DNA from: Bellilinea caldifistulae
GTDB lineage: Bacteria; Chloroflexota; Anaerolineae; Anaerolineales; Anaerolineaceae
DNA length: 32,000 bases
Assembly (NCBI RefSeq): GCF_001306055.1
Contig: NZ_LGHJ01000017.1
Location: 180,001-212,000 of the forward strand
Direction of reading: 5' to 3'
In this document: one piece after another, positions 16,295 to 23,999 of the stretch
Layout of the letters: each line of letters begins with the position of its first letter
How positions within the stretch are numbered: position 1 is the stretch's first letter
Notes under the pieces: model-generated
Told to the model about the DNA's origin: nothing
Databases searched by the model: none
The model's input: only the letters and a program-made list of their open reading frames with translations
Program-made: the position numbers and the translations under genes

Positions 16295-18778
16295 TCAAAC
16301 GCCGCTCTCTCCGTTCTTTTCCTCTTCTGCCCGTTGAAGATCCCGTGCTGAAATTCTAGCCACCGAAGCCACATTGTCATCATCTGCCAGAACCATCAGG
16401 CGTACCCCGCGGGTCGCGCGGCTGGTACGGCTGATGTTTTTTACCTTCATGCGGATGATCAAACCGCTGGACGAAACAAGGGTGATATCATCGTTTTCTT
16501 CCACCACCCGCACGGCGGAAATTTTTCCGACTTTTCCCAGATTCTTCTGGTCTATCGTGGCTATACCGCCGGTATTGCGGCTCTTGACCGGATATTCACT
16601 GAGCGGGGTGCGTTTACCAAAGCCACGCTCGGTAACGACCAGTAAATCGGCATTCGGCTGGACGACTTCCATGCCCGCCAGTTGATCTCCTTCGCTCAAG
16701 CGAATTCCGCTGACGCCAGCGGCTTGCCGCCCCATGACACGGACTTCATTTTCGTTGAATCGCACTGCTTTGCCTTTTGCCGTGACCAGAATGAGTTCAT
16801 CTTGACCAGTGGTAATCCGCGCCCAACCCAGCTCATCGCCTTCTTCCAGGCTAATCGCAATCAGGCCAGAGGGACGCACACTGGCAAACTCGCCCAGGGC
16901 AACCCGTTTGACCCGCCCATTCACGGTAGCCATGGTGCAAAACTGGGCAGCCTCAAAGTCGGGGACGGCAACTGCGGCAGTGATTTTTTCATCCGGACCA
17001 ACCGAGAGGACATTTACCATCGGAATGCCACGGTCGGTGCGCCCGGCATCCGGTATCTGATAGACCTTTTCGGAATAGACTTTACCCTTATCCGAAAAGA
17101 ACAGGATGGTATGCAAGGTGCGCGCAGGAATGACCATCAGGGTTTCGTCTTCTTCTTTCAGATTCTGACCGGTTACCCCGCGCCCGCCGCGCATCTGTGT
17201 GCGAAAAGCCCGCGCCGCCACCCGTTTGATATAACCACGCTGGGTGATCATGATCAAAACATGTTCATCGGCAACCAGATCTTCTTCATTGAAGGCTTCA
17301 TTGGCTTCGGCAAGCAGATGAGTGCGGCGCGCATCGGCATATTTTTCGCTGACTTCTTGCAGGTCGGCCTTGATCACATCCAGAATTTTATTGGGGGAAG
17401 CCAGCAAATCCTCCAGATAGGCAATCCGTTCCAGTAGTGAACGATGTTCCTCTTCAATTTTTTGGCGCTCCAGGGCTGCCAGGCGGCGCAATTGCATATC
17501 CAGAATCGCCTGCGCCTGCGTTTCGGTCAGATTGAAACGAACGATCAACCGTTCCCGAGCGGTATCTGCATCCGCTGATTGACGGATGGTCTGAATCACC
17601 TCATCGAGATTGGCCAGTGCAATCAGCAGTCCTTCGAGGATATGCGCCCGCTGACGAGCTTTTTCCAACTCATACTGAGAACGGCGGGTGATCACTTCGA
17701 TCCGGTGTTCAATGTAAATCTGCAGGGCTCGTTTGAGGGTCAATAAACGCGGTTCGTTATCCACCAGCGCCAGCAAATGCGCTCCAAATGTGGTTTGCAG
17801 CGGCGTGTATTTATACAACTGATTGAGCACCTTGCGCGGTTGTGCACCGCGGCGCAGTTCAATGACAATGCTCATTCCCCGCCGGTCGGATTCATCGCGC
17901 AAGTCGGAGATTGCATCCAACCGTCCTTCCCTGGCCAGTTCGGCAATCCGCTCAATCAGGCTGGTTTTATTGACCTGGAAGGGTATTTCCGTGATCACAA
18001 TTTGATACCGCCCGCCGCGCATTTCTTCGATATGCGCCTGTCCGCGCACGGTCAGTCTGCCGCGACCGGTGGTGTACATCTGGCGGATGGCCTCCTGACC
18101 AACAATCACACCACCGGTGGGAAAATCCGGGCCGGGCAGAAAACGCATCAGGTCTTCAATGCTGACCTCGTCCATCTGGTCATAATGGTCAATAAGGTAG
18201 ATCAGGGCATCACTCAATTCGCGCAGGTTGTGGGGAGGAATGTTGGTTGCCATGCCCACGGCAATCCCGGCCGAACCGTTCAAAAGCAAGTTGGGTAAGC
18301 GGGCAGGCAGAACGACCGGTTCGCGCAACGAGCCGTCAAAGTTATCGGTGAAATCAACCGTATTTTTGTCAATATCCACCAGCATTTCTTCGGCCATAGC
18401 ATTCAGCCGCGCTTCGGTATACCGCATGGCAGCCGGGGCATCACCGTCTATGGAACCGAAATTACCCTGGCCATCCACCAGCGGATAGCGCATCGAAAAA
18501 TCCTGCGCCATACGCGCCATGGCATCATACACCGCCATATCCCCGTGCGGGTGATATTTACCCAGTACCTCGCCAACGATACGAGCCGATTTTTTGTAAG
18601 CACTGTTTGCCCGCAGACCCAGTTCCTGCATCGCATACAGAATGCGCCGGTGTACCGGCTTGAGGCCATCGCGCGCATCGGGTAAGGCGCGCGCCACAAT
18701 CACACTCATCGCATAATCCAGATACGCCGAGCGCATCTGTTCATCAATATCTACCGGTTGGATCGTACCGATATCCAT
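16295..18778 (-). CDS. gyrA: DNA gyrase subunit A
   Basis: 827 aa with [14 protein letters not shown], quinolone-region [12 protein letters not shown], catalytic-Tyr motif [10 protein letters not shown] and C-terminal beta-pinwheel repeats. Confidence 0.97.
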   Translation of the reverse strand: MDIGTIQPVDIDEQMRSAYLDYAMSVIVARALPDARDGLKPVHRRILYAMQELGLRANSAYKKSARIVGEVLGKYHPHGDMAVYDAMARMAQDFSMRYPLVDGQGNFGSIDGDAPAAMRYTEARLNAMAEEMLVDIDKNTVDFTDNFDGSLREPVVLPARLPNLLLNGSAGIAVGMATNIPPHNLRELSDALIYLIDHYDQMDEVSIEDLMRFLPGPDFPTGGVIVGQEAIRQMYTTGRGRLTVRGQAHIEEMRGGRYQIVITEIPFQVNKTSLIERIAELAREGRLDAISDLRDESDRRGMSIVIELRRGAQPRKVLNQLYKYTPLQTTFGAHLLALVDNEPRLLTLKRALQIYIEHRIEVITRRSQYELEKARQRAHILEGLLIALANLDEVIQTIRQSADADTARERLIVRFNLTETQAQAILDMQLRRLAALERQKIEEEHRSLLERIAYLEDLLASPNKILDVIKADLQEVSEKYADARRTHLLAEANEAFNEEDLVADEHVLIMITQRGYIKRVAARAFRTQMRGGRGVTGQNLKEEDETLMVIPARTLHTILFFSDKGKVYSEKVYQIPDAGRTDRGIPMVNVLSVGPDEKITAAVAVPDFEAAQFCTMATVNGRVKRVALGEFASVRPSGLIAISLEEGDELGWARITTGQDELILVTAKGKAVRFNENEVRVMGRQAAGVSGIRLSEGDQLAGMEVVQPNADLLVVTERGFGKRTPLSEYPVKSRNTGGIATIDQKNLGKVGKISAVRVVEENDDITLVSSSGLIIRMKVKNISRTSRATRGVRLMVLADDDNVASVARISARDLQRAEEEKNGESGV

Positions 18779-18981
18779 AATGCTTTCCTTCTAAATCCAG
18801 AATGATAACCCTCTAATTATACCGCATCGAGTCCATTTTACCGGCCGGCTAACGCATCTCCCGTGCATGGCTTTCCCACCCCAAATCTCCTCTCCAATCC
18901 TGTTCTCTCTACAAGGGTATGGTAGCGAAGATTTACCGATGAGACCGACTTGCCCGTTATGACGATTTTCCCGAAAATTGG

Positions 18982-19033
18982 TGATTAAATTTATTTCGAT
19001 GATTAAATTTCGTTGAACTTTCTCGTTTATAAT
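18982..19033 (+). promoter_or_regulatory. Direct repeats TGATTAAATTT x2 plus TATAAT upstream of pstS (Pho-box-like candidate)
   Basis: TGATTAAATTT occurs at 18982-18992 and 19000-19010. TATAAT is at 19028-19033, 17 nt after the second repeat. The ATG at 19044 has no purine-rich SD before it. Confidence 0.3.
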
Positions 19034-19043
19034 TTATTCAGAC

Positions 19044-19937
19044 ATGAAAAGAGATTGTCTTGGCATCCTCGTTCTCATCACCAGCATCGTCCTGACGGCG
19101 TGCACCGCCGGTCAATCTCAACAAACCCCACCACCTTCAACCTATATCCAGAATAAAGGGTCAGATACCATCGTCAATCTGGCGCTGGCATGGGCAGAGG
19201 AATACCAGTCGCTTCATCCAGAGGTGCGTATTTCAGTCACAGGCGGCGGCAGCGGCACGGGTATTACCGCCATGATCAGCGGGACGGTGGATATTGCCAA
19301 TGCCTCACGCCAAATCAAAGATGAGGAAATGCAAGCCGCACTGGCTAATGGTATTGAGCCGGTGGAACACGTTGTCGCCAGGGACGCCATAGCCGTGATT
19401 GTTCACCCCCAAAATCCCGTGGATCACCTTACGATTGATCAAATTTCTCTGATTTATCAGGGCGTCATCAATAATTGGCGGGAGGTAGGGGGTGAAGACC
19501 GCCCGATTGTCCGCCTTTCGCGCGAGACCAACTCAGGTACGCACGTGTATTTTCTCGAAGAGGTCATTCGCAAAGGGGAGAAGGGCAACAAAGCCATCTT
19601 CTCGGCAGACACCCTGTTGCTGCCTTCTTCCGAAGGCATTATTGCCGAAGTCAGCGACAACCCGAACGCCATCGGCTATGACGGGTTGGGTTATGTTACC
19701 GAACACGTCAAAGTACTGGCAATCGGCACCCAGCCAGAAGGGCCGTTTGTCTTTCCTTCCATTGAGACCGTTAACAGCGGTGCCTATCCGATTTCGCGCG
19801 ATTTATACATGTACACCCGTCGAGATGCTCCGCCCCTTGTCAACGAATATCTGGAATGGATTATCAGCCCTGAAGCACAACAAATCGTTACTCGCTTAGG
19901 GTTCGTTCCTATAATTCAATCGAGCGCAGGAAAGTGA
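19044..19937 (+). CDS. pstS: Phosphate ABC transporter substrate-binding lipoprotein
   Basis: Lipobox (IVLTAC), PBP-like domain (GSDT...GGGSGTG...ANASR) and position ahead of pstCAB. Confidence 0.9.
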   Translation: MKRDCLGILVLITSIVLTACTAGQSQQTPPPSTYIQNKGSDTIVNLALAWAEEYQSLHPEVRISVTGGGSGTGITAMISGTVDIANASRQIKDEEMQAALANGIEPVEHVVARDAIAVIVHPQNPVDHLTIDQISLIYQGVINNWREVGGEDRPIVRLSRETNSGTHVYFLEEVIRKGEKGNKAIFSADTLLLPSSEGIIAEVSDNPNAIGYDGLGYVTEHVKVLAIGTQPEGPFVFPSIETVNSGAYPISRDLYMYTRRDAPPLVNEYLEWIISPEAQQIVTRLGFVPIIQSSAGK

Positions 19938-19941
19938 CTCC

Positions 19942-20841
19942 ATGAAAGCCCAGCGAGCCGCTCTCAATGAGAGAATCATCAATAGCCTGATCAAACTTGC
20001 CGGTTACTCCAGTATCGTATTTGTCGGTCTGATTCTGATTTTCCTCGTGCGGGAAGGTTTGCCGGCGCTCAACGATGTTTCGTTGAAGGATTTATTCGGA
20101 TCACGCTGGTATCCGATCGAAGGATATTTTGGGATTCTCCCGTTGATTAGCGGTTCTTTACTGGTTACGGTGGGCGCCATCCTGATTGCCATCCCCTTGG
20201 GTATTGGCACAGCCGTCTTTCTGTCCGAATTTTCACCATCCTGGCTGAGAAATCTCCTCAAACCAATTATTGAAGTTCTGGCAGGCTTACCATCGGTTGT
20301 TCTGGGTTTTCTCGGCATTCAAATCGTTGCCCCGTTCTTCCGGCGCTTCCTGGATCTTCCCACAGGTCTGACCGCGTTTACAGGTGCGGTATTGCTGGCT
20401 CTCATTTCTTTGCCAACGATTGTATCCATCGCTGAAGATGCCCTCAACACCGTACCACCGGCGTACCGTCAAGGAGCGCTGGCACTCGGTGCCACCAACT
20501 GGCAAACCGCCTGGGGCGTGACTGTGCCAGCCGCTCGTTCCGGCCTGCTGACCGCCCTGATGCTGGGAATTGGGCGCTCAATTGGCGAAACCATGGCGGT
20601 GATGATGGTAACCGGCAATGCGCCGGTTCTGCCTTCGGGTTTGAATGCGCTGTTCCTGCCAGCCCGCACGATGACTGCAACCATTGCCTCCGAAATGGGA
20701 GAAGTAGCCACCGGCTCTCCGCATTACCATGTGCTCTTTTTTATCGGCATCATTCTGTTTCTGATTTCACTCGTGGTCAATCTAACCGCTTCGTCCCTAT
20801 CACTACGCAGCCGAAAACGGGCGGAGCGCCTGCTTTCGTGA
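19942..20841 (+). CDS. pstC: Phosphate ABC transporter permease
   Basis: Polytopic permease with the EAA-type loop (...ALGATNWQT...VP.ARSG...). Confidence 0.9.
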   Translation: MKAQRAALNERIINSLIKLAGYSSIVFVGLILIFLVREGLPALNDVSLKDLFGSRWYPIEGYFGILPLISGSLLVTVGAILIAIPLGIGTAVFLSEFSPSWLRNLLKPIIEVLAGLPSVVLGFLGIQIVAPFFRRFLDLPTGLTAFTGAVLLALISLPTIVSIAEDALNTVPPAYRQGALALGATNWQTAWGVTVPAARSGLLTALMLGIGRSIGETMAVMMVTGNAPVLPSGLNALFLPARTMTATIASEMGEVATGSPHYHVLFFIGIILFLISLVVNLTASSLSLRSRKRAERLLS

Positions 20842-20850
20842 GGTTTTCCG

Positions 20851-21717
20851 ATGAACTTACCCGAGTATTCCCGCAAAATGAGGCAGGTAGAGGTGTTGGG
20901 CATCAATTTACTGCGCCTGATCACCCTGCTGACTGCTGTACCGGTAATTGGAATCATTGTTTTCATTCTCATTCGCGGTTTACCGGCGATCTCATGGGAA
21001 TTTTTGACTCAAATGCCGCGCGATGGGATGCGTGCCGGTGGAATATTACCGGCAATCATTGGCACGGTATACCTGACTTTGGGGACGGCTATCTTTTCGG
21101 TTCCATTGGGAGTTGCCGCCGGCATTTATCTGGCTGAATATGCCAGTGATAACGCTACCACCCGACTGATTCGGATTGCCATCATCAATCTCGCCGGTAT
21201 ACCCTCTGTAGTTTATGGCTTATTTGGTCTGGGCCTGTTTGTGCTGTTTCTACGCTTGGGCACCAGCATCCTGGCAGCCTCGCTAACGCTGTCCATCATG
21301 ACCTTGCCGGTCATCATCAGCACGACGGAAGAAGCGCTGCGTTCGGTTCCAAATGCCTTTCGGGTGGTCAGCACCTCGTTGGGTGGTACACGCTGGCAAA
21401 CGACCTGGCGTATCACCCTGCCCCAGGCCATGCCGGGTGTGATTACCGGGATCATTCTTGGCCTGGAACGGGCTGCTGGTGAAACTGCCCCCATATTATT
21501 CACCGGGGCTGCCTTTTTCTTGCCACGCCTGCCGGCTTCCCCGATGGATGCGACCATGGCGCTCCCCTACCACATCTTCGTCATTTCCACTTCTGTGCCG
21601 GGCATGCCGCTCCAAATTCAGTACGGGACAGTTTTGGTACTGCTGGTATTCGTGCTGGGGATGAACCTGCTGGCAACCCTCATTCGCAACCGCGCCAGAG
21701 CCCGTCGTCAATGGTAA
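20851..21717 (+). CDS. pstA: Phosphate ABC transporter permease
   Basis: Polytopic permease with EEALRSVP...SLGGTRWQT...LPQAMPG. Confidence 0.9.
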   Translation: MNLPEYSRKMRQVEVLGINLLRLITLLTAVPVIGIIVFILIRGLPAISWEFLTQMPRDGMRAGGILPAIIGTVYLTLGTAIFSVPLGVAAGIYLAEYASDNATTRLIRIAIINLAGIPSVVYGLFGLGLFVLFLRLGTSILAASLTLSIMTLPVIISTTEEALRSVPNAFRVVSTSLGGTRWQTTWRITLPQAMPGVITGIILGLERAAGETAPILFTGAAFFLPRLPASPMDATMALPYHIFVISTSVPGMPLQIQYGTVLVLLVFVLGMNLLATLIRNRARARRQW

Positions 21718-21723
21718 AACCAG

Positions 21724-22482
21724 ATGCAAAGTAAAATTTCTGTTCAAAACTTGAGCCTGACTTATTCCGATGGGGTTGAAAGCCTTCATGAGATCAATGT
21801 AGAAGTCATCGCAAACGCGGTGAATGTGTTCTTTGGCCCCGCCGGCGGCGGAAAATCCTCCCTCCTGCGCGCCTTCAACCGGTTAAATGACCTGGCCGAT
21901 GTGCGCCACTTGAGTGGAGAGATCTGGTTCAATGGCAAAAACATTCTGGAGCCGGATACCGACGTCATCGAACTGCGCCGTAAAATTGGCATGGTGTTCT
22001 CCCGCCCGGTGCCCTTGCCGTTGACCCTCTGGGAAAATGTGGCTTACGGTTTGCTGCTGATGGGTGAAAAGCGTAAAAACCGACTGGATGAGGCTGTGGA
22101 GAAAGCCCTGCGTTTGGCCGCGCTCTGGGATGAAGTCAAAGACCGCCTGAACGACCCGGCCAGTGCCATTTCGGGCGGTCAGCAGCAGCGCCTGTGCCTG
22201 GCTCGCGTGCTGGCACTTGAACCGGAGGTCATTTTATTGGATGAGCCGACCTCGGCCCTCGATCCGGTATCTACCGCAAAAATCGAATATTCCCTGCTGG
22301 AATTAAAGGAACAATACACCATTGTGCTGGTTCCTCACAACGTACAGCAGGCGGCCCGCGTTGCCGATTATGCGGCATTCTTTTTGCAGGGGCGGCTGGT
22401 AGAATACGGGATTGGCAAACAATTGTTTGTTTCTCCCAAGGTCAAGGAAACCGAGGATTATGTTACAGGTAGATTTGGATGA
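21724..22482 (+). CDS. pstB: Phosphate ABC transporter ATP-binding protein
   Basis: Walker A GPAGGGKSS, signature ISGGQQQRL, Walker B ILLDEPTSALD, H-loop VPHNVQQAARV and C-terminus DYVTGRFG. Confidence 0.9.
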   Translation: MQSKISVQNLSLTYSDGVESLHEINVEVIANAVNVFFGPAGGGKSSLLRAFNRLNDLADVRHLSGEIWFNGKNILEPDTDVIELRRKIGMVFSRPVPLPLTLWENVAYGLLLMGEKRKNRLDEAVEKALRLAALWDEVKDRLNDPASAISGGQQQRLCLARVLALEPEVILLDEPTSALDPVSTAKIEYSLLELKEQYTIVLVPHNVQQAARVADYAAFFLQGRLVEYGIGKQLFVSPKVKETEDYVTGRFG

Positions 22483-22489
22483 AAAAATC

Positions 22490-22518
22490 TTGCCTGTCGT
22501 GGAAAATCCTGCTATAAT
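22490..22518 (+). promoter_or_regulatory. Sigma-70-type promoter of tRNA-Val
   Basis: TTGCCT (22490-22495), a 17-nt spacer, then TATAAT (22513-22518), 12 nt before the tRNA. The architecture matches the tRNA-Arg promoter. Confidence 0.6.
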
Positions 22519-22530
22519 CGAGGTTATTCA

Positions 22531-22605
22531 GGGCGCGTAGCTCAGTTGGTCAGAGCGCACGGTTCACATCCGTGAGGTTCGGGGGTTCGAGCCCCTCCGC
22601 GCCCA
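22531..22605 (+). tRNA. tRNA-Val (anticodon CAC), CCA not encoded
   Basis: Acceptor GGGCGCG/CGCGCCC, D arm GCTC-AGTTGGTCA-GAGC, anticodon arm CACGG-TTCACAT-CCGTG, T arm GGGGG-TTCGAGC-CCCTC and discriminator A, followed by CTG. My fold gives a 6-nt variable loop (AGGTTC). Confidence 0.9.
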
Positions 22606-22677
22606 CTGCATCGCAATTTTCACCGTTGCCGTAAATAATACCGAGCCTGGCCGGCCGTGCGCGTGACCGGAAGGTGA

Positions 22678-22719
22678 GCAGATCAGACGCTGGCACGTCT
22701 GATCTGCGTTTTTATTTTC
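22678..22719 (+). terminator. Plus-strand intrinsic terminator at the tRNA/prophage junction
   Basis: GCAGATCAGACG (22678-22689), loop CTGGCA, CGTCTGATCTGC (22696-22707), then GTTTTTATTTT. The T-tract overlaps the stop codon of the last reverse-strand phage ORF. On the reverse strand no U-tract follows the hairpin. Confidence 0.7.
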
Positions 22720-23068
22720 CTATCATTAACATCAACTTCCGCATCGTGCTGATGTCCATCTCCTCTGGTAAGTCATCAAGCTGGATGGTTGACAAAGTAA
22801 CCGTTACTTTGCTGTCCAGCAACTGCTTCATCTCTTCAGTAAATGACTTCACATTTTCCTGAGGAATGATGATGTCACCGTTCTCTCCCGCCCTGCCGTA
22901 CTTTTCCAGCATTGACTTTCGCTGGCTCTCGAATGCTTCGAAGTGGGGTCGCAGGATATTGGCGTTTGACACAATATAAAACGCAACGTTGCGCTTAAAC
23001 TTCTGATTGTCTGTTAAATCGAGAGTCATAAATTCTACAATCTCTTTGATGGTCAGGTCTTTCTGCAT
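22712..23068 (-). CDS. Hypothetical small acidic phage protein (last ORF before the tRNA)
   Basis: 118 aa with no TM segment, so not a holin. The start lies 1 nt after the stop of the upstream gene. Visibly AT-richer than the core genes. No family recognised. Confidence 0.6.
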   Translation of the reverse strand: MQKDLTIKEIVEFMTLDLTDNQKFKRNVAFYIVSNANILRPHFEAFESQRKSMLEKYGRAGENGDIIIPQENVKSFTEEMKQLLDSKVTVTLSTIQLDDLPEEMDISTMRKLMLMIGK

Positions 23069-23069
23069 T

Positions 23070-23981
23070 TCACAACCTTTCTGACAGAATTTGCCGGATG
23101 GCTTTCAGTTCATCCAGTATTTGTTTCAGCGTGTCCGCTTCTGGCGCGGGTGTCGGCTCTGGTTTGGGAGCAGGCTCTTGCGGTTTCAGGCGTGGTTTGA
23201 TTTCTGTAAGGAAATCTTCCTTATCACCGAGATAGTACTCAACGCCGATGTCAGTTGCAGCGCCATCAATAACTACATCCTGACTGCCCAAGTCCCAATA
23301 AGACAGTGATTTTTTGCGGTGACTTGTCCAGCCAAAGATTGCCGGTGCTGCGACATTTACTTTGTACTTATTGAGCAGTTCAGAAATAGTTGGTGCGGTT
23401 GTGGACAATTTTATCCATTTCGGAGCATGGATGTACAGTTCCGGTCTAGCACCAATTGTGGACTCAAGGCTCGGATTGGCATTGACAAAGTCCGCCCGTG
23501 AGTACACACCCAACTTAAACGGCAGCAAGACACCCGCCCGCTGTAACATAAGCAGGCGGTCAGTTATATCTCGCAGGGCAAAGCCGAGCCAACTATCCGT
23601 AACCTGCCCAGAGCCGGTAATGAGAGACATTTCGTACAAGCCCACGCTCATGAACGAGACCGCCTTATAGCGCAACAGGTTGACCAGTTGCGAAACAATC
23701 GGGTGCTTGTCGTTGGGCATTCGGTCAACATCCTGCATGGTGTAGCCATTGTGTAGCCAATAACCCACCCACAGGTCGTAGCGCACGCCGATTGCAAGAC
23801 CGGCATCATACGCTTTCTGCACCATACCGGCAAAGACAGAGGGATTGATGAATGCCAGTTTGTTATCTTCGCTCTTTCCGCCGATATGGATGGTAACAAA
23901 CTCCGCACCTGCATCCCGCAAAGATTTGAAATTGATTGCGCTATGCGACTCGTTGAGCAATAAACCTTTTAGATTGGACAT
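23070..23981 (-). CDS. Putative cell-wall hydrolase / endolysin candidate (GH25-like TIM-barrel pattern) with PEP-rich linker and C-terminal coiled-coil
   Basis: The N-terminus (KGLLLNESHSAINFKSLRDAGAEFVTIHIGG...AYDAGLAIGVRYDL) resembles the GH25 pattern G-x-D-V-S-x-x-Q...G..F...K...G...A...GL..G.Y.F, but with N-E in place of D-V. AAAGGAGA SD. Its position after the fibre gene fits a lysis cassette. Weak, pattern-level call. Confidence 0.35.
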   Translation of the reverse strand: MSNLKGLLLNESHSAINFKSLRDAGAEFVTIHIGGKSEDNKLAFINPSVFAGMVQKAYDAGLAIGVRYDLWVGYWLHNGYTMQDVDRMPNDKHPIVSQLVNLLRYKAVSFMSVGLYEMSLITGSGQVTDSWLGFALRDITDRLLMLQRAGVLLPFKLGVYSRADFVNANPSLESTIGARPELYIHAPKWIKLSTTAPTISELLNKYKVNVAAPAIFGWTSHRKKSLSYWDLGSQDVVIDGAATDIGVEYYLGDKEDFLTEIKPRLKPQEPAPKPEPTPAPEADTLKQILDELKAIRQILSERL

Positions 23982-23999
23982 GACAAATCTCCTTTCTGT

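Noticed and set aside
16682-17437. 251-aa plus-strand ORF, plus other plus-strand ORFs at 16374-18488
   Set aside because: They lie antisense to gyrA, which is unmistakable.
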